From: an uncultured Candidatus Bathyarchaeia archaeon
Lineage (GTDB): Archaea > Thermoproteota > Bathyarchaeia > 40CM-2-53-6 > RBG-13-38-9
Assembly: GCA_964627775.1 (NCBI GenBank)
Contig: CAZVKZ010000003.1
Location: 2,643 to 39,386, forward strand
Direction: 5' to 3'
DNA: 36,744 bases
How positions within the stretch are numbered: position 1 is the first letter of the stretch; each line of letters begins with the position of its first letter. The notes below the pieces were generated by a model that was not told the DNA's origin, ran no database searches, and saw only the letters and a program-made list of their open reading frames with translations. Position numbers and translations under genes: made by a program. Positions 26,960 to 35,782 of the stretch are shown piece after piece.

Positions 26960-26964
26960 TAGGA

Positions 26965-27159
26965 ATGGTCAAGAGAGGCATCATACCCAAACCCGAAAGT
27001 AACTTCCTCAAGGTAAGATGTTCTAAGTGTTCAAATGAACAGATCATATTCGAAAGATGCTCAACTGTAGTAAAGTGTACTGTTTGTGACGAGACTCTGG
27101 CTGAACCCTCCGGTGGAAGAGCTTCGGTGAAAGGTGAAGTCATACAGATACTCAGCTAG
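26965..27159 (+). CDS. rps27e: 30S ribosomal protein eS27 (S27e)
   Basis: MVKRGIIPKPESNFLKVRCSKCSNEQIIF....VKCTVCDETLAEPSGG is the typical S27e C4 zinc finger. The ORF-track start at 26890 overlaps the eL42 gene. Confidence 0.9.
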   Translation: MVKRGIIPKPESNFLKVRCSKCSNEQIIFERCSTVVKCTVCDETLAEPSGGRASVKGEVIQILS

Positions 27160-27171
27160 GAGGTGGCCTGA

Positions 27172-27951
27172 ATCTCGACACCGGAATATCCGGAAGTAGG
27201 AGAAGTAGTGATAGCCACTGTAAACCGACTAGCAGACTATGGCATTTATGTTAAGCTAGATGAATACGGTGAGAAAGAGGCTCTGGTACACATCTCAGAG
27301 ATATCAACAACTTGGGTCAGGAACATTAGAGATTACGCAAGAGAAGGACAGAAACTAGTTCTAAAGGTTCTAAGAGTAAACCCCCAGAAGGGACAGATAG
27401 ACCTCTCTCTCAGAAGAGTAACCGGCAGAGAGAGGACGGAAAAAGTAGTCGAATGGAAAAAGAGTAGAAAGGCAGAATCAATAATCAAAGCTGCAGCTGA
27501 GAGACTGAAATCAGACCAGACCAAGATTGACGAGGTCAAAAAGAAGATGCTGTCTAAATATTCAAACATCTTCGACGCTCTGGAGGAATCGGTTGAGAGC
27601 GGTGAGAAGACGTTTACGAAGCTAGAGATGGAACCTGAATGGTCATCAACATTAGCCGAGACAGCCAAGGAGAAGATCAAGATAGAGATCGCCAGAGTGA
27701 AGGCCACAATAGAGATCTCCAGTACAAAATCTGAAGGGATCGAAGATGTTAGGGCAGCCCTCCTGAGCGCAAAGAAAGTCAAAACGCCGAAGGACGCTAG
27801 CATAGAAATCTACACGATAGGGGCCCCCAAATACAGGATTGAGATCGCCGCGAGAGACTACTCTGACGCTGAGAGAACACTTCAAGAAGCCGTGAATGAG
27901 GCAGTAACCACAATAAGAAGCCTAGGAGGAGCGGGACGCCAGCTGAATTGA
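27172..27951 (+). CDS. eif2a: translation initiation factor 2 alpha subunit (aIF2-alpha); start codon unresolved (ATC 27172 or GTG 27208)
   Basis: Contains an S1 domain (YGIYVKLDEYGEKEALVHISEISTTWVRNIRDY...IDLSLRRV) plus the helical and alpha-beta domains. The conserved EYPEVGEVV is encoded at 27184-27210, mostly upstream of the first canonical start (GTG at 27208). An in-frame stop lies at 27169-27171. Confidence 0.9.
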   Translation: MSTPEYPEVGEVVIATVNRLADYGIYVKLDEYGEKEALVHISEISTTWVRNIRDYAREGQKLVLKVLRVNPQKGQIDLSLRRVTGRERTEKVVEWKKSRKAESIIKAAAERLKSDQTKIDEVKKKMLSKYSNIFDALEESVESGEKTFTKLEMEPEWSSTLAETAKEKIKIEIARVKATIEISSTKSEGIEDVRAALLSAKKVKTPKDASIEIYTIGAPKYRIEIAARDYSDAERTLQEAVNEAVTTIRSLGGAGRQLN

Positions 27952-28133
27952 AATGGCAAATGCGTCGATGCCCCAGATGCCGAGAATACACGCTCAAAGA
28001 AACCTGCCCCAGATGCAACGCTGAGACTGCAAATCCGATCCCACCTAAATTTTCTCCACTGGATAAGTACGCAAGATACAGAGTACCACGATTGAGTCGA
28101 GATGAAGACTACACTAATAGAAGGGAAGATTAA
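27948..28133 (+). CDS. nop10: H/ACA RNP protein Nop10
   Basis: Contains RRCPRCREYTLKETCPRCNAET..PIPPKFSPLDKYARYR. There is an ATGA overlap with the aIF2-alpha stop. Confidence 0.9.
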   Translation: MKWQMRRCPRCREYTLKETCPRCNAETANPIPPKFSPLDKYARYRVPRLSRDEDYTNRRED

Positions 28134-28860
28134 ACCGCGTGAGCCCGTAATTGTAGAGGGGCTTCCTGGCTTAGGCTCTGTAGGAAGAATAGTGGCTCAA
28201 GAACTCATAAGAAGTCTCAAAGCCAAACGGATAGCGACACTTTACTCTCCACTCTTCCCCTACTACGCACTCGTCAACAAGAATGGGCTTGTTAGACTCC
28301 CACGGAACGAATTCTACTACTGGTGGAGCAGAGATGAGAAGAAGGCTATAGTAGTTGTGACGGGGGATTGTCAGCCACAGACTTCGGCAGGTCAATATGA
28401 GATTGCAGATCTAATAATTAACTACGCAAGGAAATACTCAGCCAAGCTCATGATCACGGTTGGAGGATACAGCTCAGAAAGGAAGGATGAAGTCAATGTC
28501 ATCGGCGCTGCAACAAGCATGGACATGGTAAAGAGGCTTACTGAGCTTGAGGTTGTAGTAAACCGATCAGGCATACCTGTAGTGGGGGTGTCTGGGTTGA
28601 TACTGGGCCTCTCGAAGCCAAATGAGATCCCAGCCATGTGTCTTCTAGGGGAGACCATTGGATATGTTCCAGATCCCAAAGCGGCCAAGAGTGTTCTGAG
28701 TGTATTGGCCAAATTGCTGGGGTTGGAAGTGGACTTGGTAGGTCTCGAGAGGGATATTACAAGGATGGCTGAGCTTGAGTCAAAGATACGTCGAGCTGAG
28801 GAGAGCGTTGATCTTGCGCTCAAAGGAACTCAGGGAAAGACTACCAGCTATATATCCTGA
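28102..28860 (+). CDS. PAC2-family proteasome assembly chaperone-like protein
   Basis: Contains PVIVEGLPGLGSVGRIVAQELI and the VTGDCQP pattern of archaeal PAC2 (COG1938). It overlaps the nop10 3' end by 32 nt. Confidence 0.8.
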   Translation: MKTTLIEGKIKPREPVIVEGLPGLGSVGRIVAQELIRSLKAKRIATLYSPLFPYYALVNKNGLVRLPRNEFYYWWSRDEKKAIVVVTGDCQPQTSAGQYEIADLIINYARKYSAKLMITVGGYSSERKDEVNVIGAATSMDMVKRLTELEVVVNRSGIPVVGVSGLILGLSKPNEIPAMCLLGETIGYVPDPKAAKSVLSVLAKLLGLEVDLVGLERDITRMAELESKIRRAEESVDLALKGTQGKTTSYIS

Positions 28861-28880
28861 TCACGCTTTCTTTTGCTCCC

Positions 28881-31556
28881 TTACTGGGTCTTCTCCCCTA
28901 CCGTCACCACTATCGTCTGGCTTGTAGTGGCAGCGTACTCCTTTGTACCTGCCCATGAAGCTCTCACATAGTAGACTCCAGGATCTTCTGGTAGCCACTT
29001 GGGCGTGAATATGCCTTTGAGGGGATCCCCAACTATTTTTGGAACCCAAGTCTTGTTGTCTTTGCTGATCTCGAAGGTAACTGTACCCTCTGACAGCGGT
29101 GGGGTTATCCTAACGTCAATGCTCACATTCTTTCCAAAGCTGACCGTTGTAGGCTCTACTGACAATTTCACGATGGGTGTGCCCTTCAGAATATTCAATG
29201 TTCGAGAGGGAGATGTTGCTGAGGCGTATCTATCAGGAAGACCATTCCATCGTGCCCTAACGAGGTATTCACCCACTGTTGGATCCCAGACATACCTGTA
29301 AGTTCCATCCATGGCAGTGTTTACATCCTTCATTGATAGCCAAGTTCGGCCTTTGTCCTCTGAGTATTGAATATGGACGGTGTAGTTGCCTAGAGGCCGC
29401 GATTTATCATCCGCTAGAGTTCCTGAAAGCTCCACCTTTTCTGGGTAGCTCACGTTCATCTTCGCCAGATTCAGCGCCAAATTGGTCATCGTCAAGTACT
29501 TGACCTCATAAACCAAAACGAACTTGTTGGAGGAGACGAAGGCTGGTCGGTAGAATTCGTTGCCTGCGCCTGGAGAGTAGGCGCCGGACATCAGCAGCCC
29601 AAGCAGTGTTGAGTTTGAAATACCCACATTGTTGACTATAGTCCTGTTTGAGACGACTTTGTCAGCAACTGTTGTTACACGGTCATATCTTGTGTAGGCG
29701 CTCTCTCCCTCACCAACTCTCCGACTATAGTAGTGAACGGCTTCACCGTCAAGTACTGAGTCATTACTTATTCTAGCCATCCAGTACCATTTGCTGTCCT
29801 CACCATATCCATAGAAACGGACAATATTGTCCCTCATGTACCAAGTAACAAGTAGAGCTACGTGAGTGACATTATACCTCTTGAGCATTGGCAGAGCCAA
29901 ATCAAAATCAGAAAGGAAGGTCCTACCGATTACTGATATCTGAGTCGTGTTCATCGTTCCGTTGTCAGCGAGCGAGTGTTTTCCGCCAACTATTGTTATC
30001 CAGTAGCCATAATCCCACCATGAGAAAACAACAGCGTTGTCTGGGAGATTATCCCTCATCCATGTAAGAGCCTCAAGCCAGTCTTGGGGCGCCTGTGTGA
30101 CGGTGGGAAGGCTTGAGGTTACGATCGTGGCTGGAGCATATGCTGCCCGCGTAGCCCCGCTAAATGTGGGAGTGATTATCAAAAGCAAAACCAGTAGTAT
30201 GGCAACGCCGAATTCCCTTCCGACCCTTGTCGTGAAACGGATCTTCTTTCTTGGAAAGATGACTGTTTCCCGTATGATATCCAGCGCGGGTGTGGCCAAC
30301 TGATTGACGGTGATTGATGCCAGAAGGACAAGTGCGGGCGCTAGGATCAGGGAGAGCCTGACGAGTGAGGCGGCAAAATAGATCGAGGATATACCGAAGA
30401 GGATTATGAATATGTCTTTGTTCCTGCGGCGTTGACCCGCAAAGTAGAATCCAAATATTCCAAGCAATGTCAGCATTCCAAATTCGTGGTAGAAGGAGGC
30501 CCACGTGGCCATGCGATGCTCGGCGACAGACTCAACTATCGGCATATCAACCCTTGTTGAGGGATATATCACGGTCCAGAACTTACTGCCCAGTTGAGCT
30601 ATCAACCCCTGTTGCCAAAGTACAAACCCTGCGACAAACAGCAGCAGAAGAAAAGCTATAGTACCGCCGATTCTCATCTGACTAGTCTTGGCTCTACGCG
30701 AGAACTCACAACCGCAGAGTACAATAAAGATTCCAGGAATAGCAAGAGTCGACCACTCTTTCAGTGCGGCAAATCCCAGTTGAGGAATTTGCGTCATTAT
30801 CAAGAAGGCGAAACCGAATGTGACTCCATAAGCCGGTAATAGACGGCTAGAGTATCTACCTAGGACAACAAGGACTATTGAGAATAGTGCTATGAGGGAC
30901 ATAGGATACCGAAAGGCCCCCCACCCTGACGCAAGATAAGCTAATGAAGCTCCCGACAGGAGCGCGCAGATTAGACTTGACCTGAAGGAGCGTTCAGGAG
31001 AGATCGCCCTCAAGTAGAAATGAAATGATAGGATCATCGCGAATATTCCAATAGTCTCATCGTCGAAGAAGCCCGCCGCCGTACGGAATATATGTGACGA
31101 ACTGAAAGCGAGAAAGAGTGATGAGAAGATTCCGACACCGCGGCCCCATAGATCTTTAGCAAAGAGATACAAGACAACGCATGTAGCAGTGCCCAAGATC
31201 ACTGGAAAGATTACGCATAACTGTAAGACTGTGACCTGGACGCCAATAGACTGCAAAAATAGGTATAGTATAGCTGCCGTGAAGGCCATACCAGGATAGT
31301 TCTGTGTAACCATGTCTCGTCCCCAAGGATACCAACTCATAGTGTCATACCAACTGAAGTATGCAGGGAAACCATTCTTGACCACGTAATCAGCTATCCG
31401 ATACTGCAGATAGGGATCGAACTCTGAAAGGTAAGCACCCCACCTCAAAGGCAAAGAACGGAGGAGGGCCGCCGCAAGGGCCACCGATATGACACTGAGA
31501 AGATTCAGGTAGGATGCTCTGGAGATAGCTTTGAGTGATAGCTTGATGTCGCTCAT
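28881..31556 (-). CDS. aglB: dolichyl-phosphooligosaccharide-protein glycotransferase AglB (archaeal oligosaccharyltransferase)
   Basis: It has 13 or so TM helices, the WWDYGYW catalytic motif and a long C-terminal beta-sandwich region. The probable start is the ATG at 31556 (MSDIKLSLK...). The ORF track extends to 31793, across the ileS start. Confidence 0.9.
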   Translation of the reverse strand: MSDIKLSLKAISRASYLNLLSVISVALAAALLRSLPLRWGAYLSEFDPYLQYRIADYVVKNGFPAYFSWYDTMSWYPWGRDMVTQNYPGMAFTAAILYLFLQSIGVQVTVLQLCVIFPVILGTATCVVLYLFAKDLWGRGVGIFSSLFLAFSSSHIFRTAAGFFDDETIGIFAMILSFHFYLRAISPERSFRSSLICALLSGASLAYLASGWGAFRYPMSLIALFSIVLVVLGRYSSRLLPAYGVTFGFAFLIMTQIPQLGFAALKEWSTLAIPGIFIVLCGCEFSRRAKTSQMRIGGTIAFLLLLFVAGFVLWQQGLIAQLGSKFWTVIYPSTRVDMPIVESVAEHRMATWASFYHEFGMLTLLGIFGFYFAGQRRRNKDIFIILFGISSIYFAASLVRLSLILAPALVLLASITVNQLATPALDIIRETVIFPRKKIRFTTRVGREFGVAILLVLLLIITPTFSGATRAAYAPATIVTSSLPTVTQAPQDWLEALTWMRDNLPDNAVVFSWWDYGYWITIVGGKHSLADNGTMNTTQISVIGRTFLSDFDLALPMLKRYNVTHVALLVTWYMRDNIVRFYGYGEDSKWYWMARISNDSVLDGEAVHYYSRRVGEGESAYTRYDRVTTVADKVVSNRTIVNNVGISNSTLLGLLMSGAYSPGAGNEFYRPAFVSSNKFVLVYEVKYLTMTNLALNLAKMNVSYPEKVELSGTLADDKSRPLGNYTVHIQYSEDKGRTWLSMKDVNTAMDGTYRYVWDPTVGEYLVRARWNGLPDRYASATSPSRTLNILKGTPIVKLSVEPTTVSFGKNVSIDVRITPPLSEGTVTFEISKDNKTWVPKIVGDPLKGIFTPKWLPEDPGVYYVRASWAGTKEYAATTSQTIVVTVGEKTQ

Positions 31557-31735
31557 CCTTCGGGCAATCCCTTCCTTCACAGTTGTGCCCAAGGAAAGAA
31601 GCAATCCGGCCCTGAAGATTTTCAACAGTGATTCCTCACGGATGCTAACGGCAGATTTGAAGGCCCTTATTTGTATTATGGTCGAATTAAGGGTTCCTTC
31701 TGAAGCTAATATAAGGAGCACCTTGTCCTTATGAT

Positions 31736-34700
31736 GTGAGTTGCTTGGCATTGACTGCACTGAGCGTTGGCAAAATACCGCACAAGTACTCACCCAATAT
31801 ATTGGAGAAAAAGATTCTCAGTTGGTGGACGAAGAATAAGATCTATGAGAAAGTAAAGCAAAGACTGCAAGGAAAGAGCAAGTTCTACTTCTTGGATGGC
31901 CCACCATACGTGACAAATCCGCCACACGTAGGCACGGCTTGGAACAAGATACTGAAGGATACTGTCATCAGATATCTCAATATGATGGATTACAATGTCA
32001 GAGACCAACCCGGCTACGATTGCCACGGCCTCCCGATAGAGGTCAAGGTCGAGGAAGACCTCAAAATAAAGAGCAAGAGAGAGATAGAGGAATCCATAAC
32101 CATAAGGAGATTCATAGAGCTCTGCAAATCCTACGCTCAGCAGAATACCAAGATACAGACCAGCATCTTCAAGGATCTCGGGGTCTGGATGGATTGGGAC
32201 AAACCGTACCTTACCTACAAGAATGAATATATCGAGTCTGTGTGGTGGATAATACGTAGAGCTGAAGAGAAAGGACTTCTACAGAAAGGACTCAAGGTCG
32301 TTCACTGGTGTCCGCGATGCGAAACGGCCCTAGCAGGATATGAAGTAACAGATGAATATAGAAATGTCAGGGAACAATCGATCTATGTGAAATTCCCCTT
32401 AGAAGGCAAACCCAAGGAATACATACTCATCTGGACAACAACCCCATGGACACTCCCAGCAAACCTTGCAGTAATGGTCAACCCTGACCTAGATTATTCG
32501 AGGGTCAAGGTAGGAAACGAGATTTACATCCTAGCGGAGGCAAGACGACAGGTCGTCCTCGACTCGCGCCCCCACGAAGTCATAGAGATCCTCAAAGGAG
32601 ATGCCCTGATAGGTCTAAGATACCGCCCCCCTCTCCTAGAAGAAGTCACTATTCAGTCCCAACCGGAGCTGCGTGATTCCCACATTGTTGTCGCAAGCAA
32701 AGAATACGTCTCAATGGAGGAGGGCAGCGGATGTGTCCATTGTGCACCGGGACATGGTGAGGAAGACTTCGATGTAGGACAAGCAAACAAGCTACCAGTG
32801 GTGAGTCCTGTCGATCACACTGGAAAGTTTGCAAGTGAGGCTGGGAAATACGCTGGAAAATATGTCTTCGATGCGAACCTAGAGATTGTTGAAGACCTCA
32901 GAAAGAAATCTCTACTCTTTGGAACAACGCTCATAGAACACCCGTATCCGCACTGCTGGAGATGTAAAACCCCCCTAATATTGAGGGCCACTGAGCAATG
33001 GTTCATCAAGATCACAGAATCAAAGCAGAGACTGTTCGAAGAGAATGAGAAGATCAAGTGGAATCCTGAATGGGCTGGAAATAGGAGGTTCAGGGATTGG
33101 TTAATGGGAGTTAGAGACTGGGTCATTTCGCGACAGCGATACTGGGGAACGCCTTTACCTATTTGGATCTGCGAAAGCTGTGGTCAAAGAACTATCATAG
33201 GCTCAGAGAGAGAGCTTAGAGAGAGAGCCAATCTTACACGCAAAATCGAACTCCACAAACAAGATGTTGATCCGATAAAACTTGAATGCGGATGCGGCGG
33301 TTTGGCGAGCCGAGTCCCCGACATAGTCGATGTTTGGATGGACTCAGGAGCTGCTTCATGGGCTTCCCTTCAGTATCCCAGCAATCAGGCCGAGTTCAAG
33401 AAGTGGTGGCCAGCAGACCTCATAATAGAGGCTCACGATCAAACACGGGGCTGGTTCTATTCACAGCTTGGAGCCGGTGTGGTTGCTTTCGATAGAACCC
33501 CCTATAGAGCCGTCTTGATGCACGGCCATACATTCAATGCAGAAGGACAGAAGATGAGCAAGTCACTAGGCAATTTTATCTCACCACAGACCATAGTCGA
33601 GAAATATGGCAGAGATGCCCTGAGACTCTATGAACTCCAACGGACCGTATGGGAAGACTTCAACTTCTCGACAACAACGATCGAGGAAACCTCAAGAGAA
33701 CTCAAAGTCATATGGAACGTCTACGCCTTTGCAGGCATCTACATGAACCTCGACGCATTCAGGCCCGAGCGATGGCCGCTTAAGAAGGTCAACCTGCGGC
33801 CCGAAGATAAGTGGCTTATCTCCAAGACGGAGGGTCTGAAACTCCTTGTGCAGAAAGAGATGGAGGACTACAACGTACACAAGGTCGCAAGAACTCTGAG
33901 CCAATTTGCTGTTGAGGATCTCAGCCGATGGTACATTAAACTCGTCAGGCGCCGCTTCTGGCAGGAGAAGGAGAGCCCCGACAAGCTGGCTGCATACTCA
34001 GCCCTTTACCATGCCCTCAAAACATGGCTTCTGCTGAGCGCACCTTTCATTCCCTTCTTCACAGAGGAACTCTACCAAACGATGTTCAAGCGCGCCGAGA
34101 CTTCCTCGCTTGAGAGTGTACACATGTGTCGCTACCCTCAGCCTGAGATCAAGTGGATTGAACCTTCACTAGAAGAGAATATGGAATTGACGAAGGAGCT
34201 GATAAGTGCGGCCTTGAGCGCTAGGCAAGCGGCAAAGATAAAGTTGAGACAGCCAATCACAAGAATCATAGTCGTCACCGAAGATCCAACCGTGCAGAGA
34301 GCGGCAAATGAATTTGAACAGATGATATGTACACAAGCCAACACTCGAAAAATAGAATTTGTGAACGTTGAAGAGGAGCAGAAGCTCAAGAGACTGAAAG
34401 CTATTGCAAACTACAAAGCTCTAGGTCCAACATTCAAGGAAAAAGCTAACAATATCGCCGAAGCCATCAAAAGTCTTGATGGCAGAAGAATATTTGAAGC
34501 GTTCAAAGAGAACGGCTACTTCAAGCTGGAAATCAACGGTTCCACCTTCGAAATAAGTCCTGAAATGATTACCTTTAGAGAGGAAATGGCGGAGAACTTC
34601 ATTCCCGGCGTTTTCAGCAGAGGCAGGGTATACGTTGACGTAGCAGTACCCAAGAGGCTTCTAGCGGAGGGCTTGGTGAGAGACATTGTGAGACGGATGC

Positions 34701-34999
34701 AGGAAATGCGCAGACAATTGAATCTGCCAGTCGACGCCTATCTCTATGCTTACGTAGTCTCGCCTAGCAAAGCAGAGCTTGAGTCTCTAAGGAGCAAAGA
34801 AGACTACATCTGTGAGGAGGTCAGGGCCAAGAGGCTAGGCCTCCTCAGAAGAGAACAAAAAAGGCCCGCGGCTGACCTGTGGAGAGAATGGCTGATAGAC
34901 GGAAGAAACTACTTGATAGGACTACAAAAGATTAGAAGTAAGGAGAGAAAAGCCCGTCGCACAGCAGTCAAACCCCGGCGATCAAAATCTGCAAGTTAA
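31736..34999 (+). CDS. ileS: isoleucine-tRNA ligase
   Basis: 1087 aa with a class I HIGH-type motif (PPHVGTAWNK), KMSKS, the CP1 editing domain and zinc-binding Cys pairs. The exact start is uncertain (GTG 31736 or TTG 31745/31751). Confidence 0.95.
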   Translation: MSCLALTALSVGKIPHKYSPNILEKKILSWWTKNKIYEKVKQRLQGKSKFYFLDGPPYVTNPPHVGTAWNKILKDTVIRYLNMMDYNVRDQPGYDCHGLPIEVKVEEDLKIKSKREIEESITIRRFIELCKSYAQQNTKIQTSIFKDLGVWMDWDKPYLTYKNEYIESVWWIIRRAEEKGLLQKGLKVVHWCPRCETALAGYEVTDEYRNVREQSIYVKFPLEGKPKEYILIWTTTPWTLPANLAVMVNPDLDYSRVKVGNEIYILAEARRQVVLDSRPHEVIEILKGDALIGLRYRPPLLEEVTIQSQPELRDSHIVVASKEYVSMEEGSGCVHCAPGHGEEDFDVGQANKLPVVSPVDHTGKFASEAGKYAGKYVFDANLEIVEDLRKKSLLFGTTLIEHPYPHCWRCKTPLILRATEQWFIKITESKQRLFEENEKIKWNPEWAGNRRFRDWLMGVRDWVISRQRYWGTPLPIWICESCGQRTIIGSERELRERANLTRKIELHKQDVDPIKLECGCGGLASRVPDIVDVWMDSGAASWASLQYPSNQAEFKKWWPADLIIEAHDQTRGWFYSQLGAGVVAFDRTPYRAVLMHGHTFNAEGQKMSKSLGNFISPQTIVEKYGRDALRLYELQRTVWEDFNFSTTTIEETSRELKVIWNVYAFAGIYMNLDAFRPERWPLKKVNLRPEDKWLISKTEGLKLLVQKEMEDYNVHKVARTLSQFAVEDLSRWYIKLVRRRFWQEKESPDKLAAYSALYHALKTWLLLSAPFIPFFTEELYQTMFKRAETSSLESVHMCRYPQPEIKWIEPSLEENMELTKELISAALSARQAAKIKLRQPITRIIVVTEDPTVQRAANEFEQMICTQANTRKIEFVNVEEEQKLKRLKAIANYKALGPTFKEKANNIAEAIKSLDGRRIFEAFKENGYFKLEINGSTFEISPEMITFREEMAENFIPGVFSRGRVYVDVAVPKRLLAEGLVRDIVRRMQEMRRQLNLPVDAYLYAYVVSPSKAELESLRSKEDYICEEVRAKRLGLLRREQKRPAADLWREWLIDGRNYLIGLQKIRSKERKARRTAVKPRRSKSAS

Positions 35000-35075
35000 C
35001 TTGTTCATCTGGGTCAAATATGAAACACCACTAACGGGGATCGGTGCATGGGATAATGCTCTCCGTAGTCTGATC

Positions 35076-35351
35076 CTATTTCAGCTTTTTCTGACTAATT
35101 AACTCCTTACACTTGTCAGAATATTCGCAGTAGTCTAGGCATGATGTCCCCTCCTCTCTGGAGACTTGAGCTCCGCAGCCGTCGCATATGGTTTCGTTCT
35201 CGTCGCTCCAAATCTCTACGGCTCTGCCACAACTCTGGCACGTTATCGACTCGGGAGTCGGCCTGACAAACTTTGAGATGCCAGGGCAAGTGTCTGGAAG
35301 ACTGATCTTGGTCAAAGGAATTTCCAAGATCCTCAGTACCTTCGGTCTCAT
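35076..35351 (-). CDS. cysteine-rich zinc-ribbon protein, unknown function
   Basis: 91 aa from the ATG at 35351, which lies 2 nt after the MazG stop. Cys pattern: C..., CQSC...CDGC, C...C.....C. The ORF-track start at 35405 overlaps the MazG gene. Confidence 0.55.
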   Translation of the reverse strand: MRPKVLRILEIPLTKISLPDTCPGISKFVRPTPESITCQSCGRAVEIWSDENETICDGCGAQVSREEGTSCLDYCEYSDKCKELISQKKLK

Positions 35352-35353
35352 CC

Positions 35354-35752
35354 TTAGGTTTTTCTGCCACCGTGTTTCCGCCTGTACGGGACCACTTCTT
35401 TGCATCTGGCTATGGGGTATCGTCTTGAGTTATCTTTGAGTTTGGAAGCGACTGAATTTGATATGTCTATCTGGACTGCATTTGCTAGTGCCAGACAGTA
35501 GACTATCACATCAGCCAGCTCTTCTGACAAACGCTTGACATTTGCGGGGTTCTTGCTGAAGGCTTTGGATTCGTCTGTTGTGAACCATTGGAGGATCTCT
35601 AGAAGCTCTGACGCCTCGATACAAATGGATTCGGCGAGGTTCTTTGGATTGTGGAATCTCTCCCATTTCCGTTCTCTGACAAAACCTGAGACTGCTTCCC
35701 TCAGAACGCTCAGTGTCGTCTCATTGTCATTTAGGAGTGTCAATACCTTCAC
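35354..35752 (-). CDS. MazG-like nucleotide pyrophosphohydrolase (dCTPase/RS21-C6-like)
   Basis: Contains FVRERKWERFHNPKNLAESICIEASELLEILQW...EELADVIVYCLALAN...KLKDNSRRYP, the typical all-alpha NTP-PPase motifs. Confidence 0.85.
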   Translation of the reverse strand: MKVLTLLNDNETTLSVLREAVSGFVRERKWERFHNPKNLAESICIEASELLEILQWFTTDESKAFSKNPANVKRLSEELADVIVYCLALANAVQIDISNSVASKLKDNSRRYPIARCKEVVPYRRKHGGRKT

Positions 35753-35782
35753 CAGTAATCGTACTGGCCGCCAACACGACTC

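Noticed and set aside
27333-27803. 156-aa minus-strand ORF antisense to aIF2-alpha, and similar shadow ORFs at 28422-28823, 16496-16879, 19808-20158, 13139-13459 and 2407-2853
   Set aside because: All lie inside confidently identified genes on the opposite strand. All have low-complexity composition. None has promoter or SD support.
31557-31793. N-terminal 79 codons of the AglB ORF as given in the ORF track
   Set aside because: The extension runs through the divergent promoter region and overlaps the ileS start. The first TM helix and typical AglB N-terminus follow the ATG at 31556.
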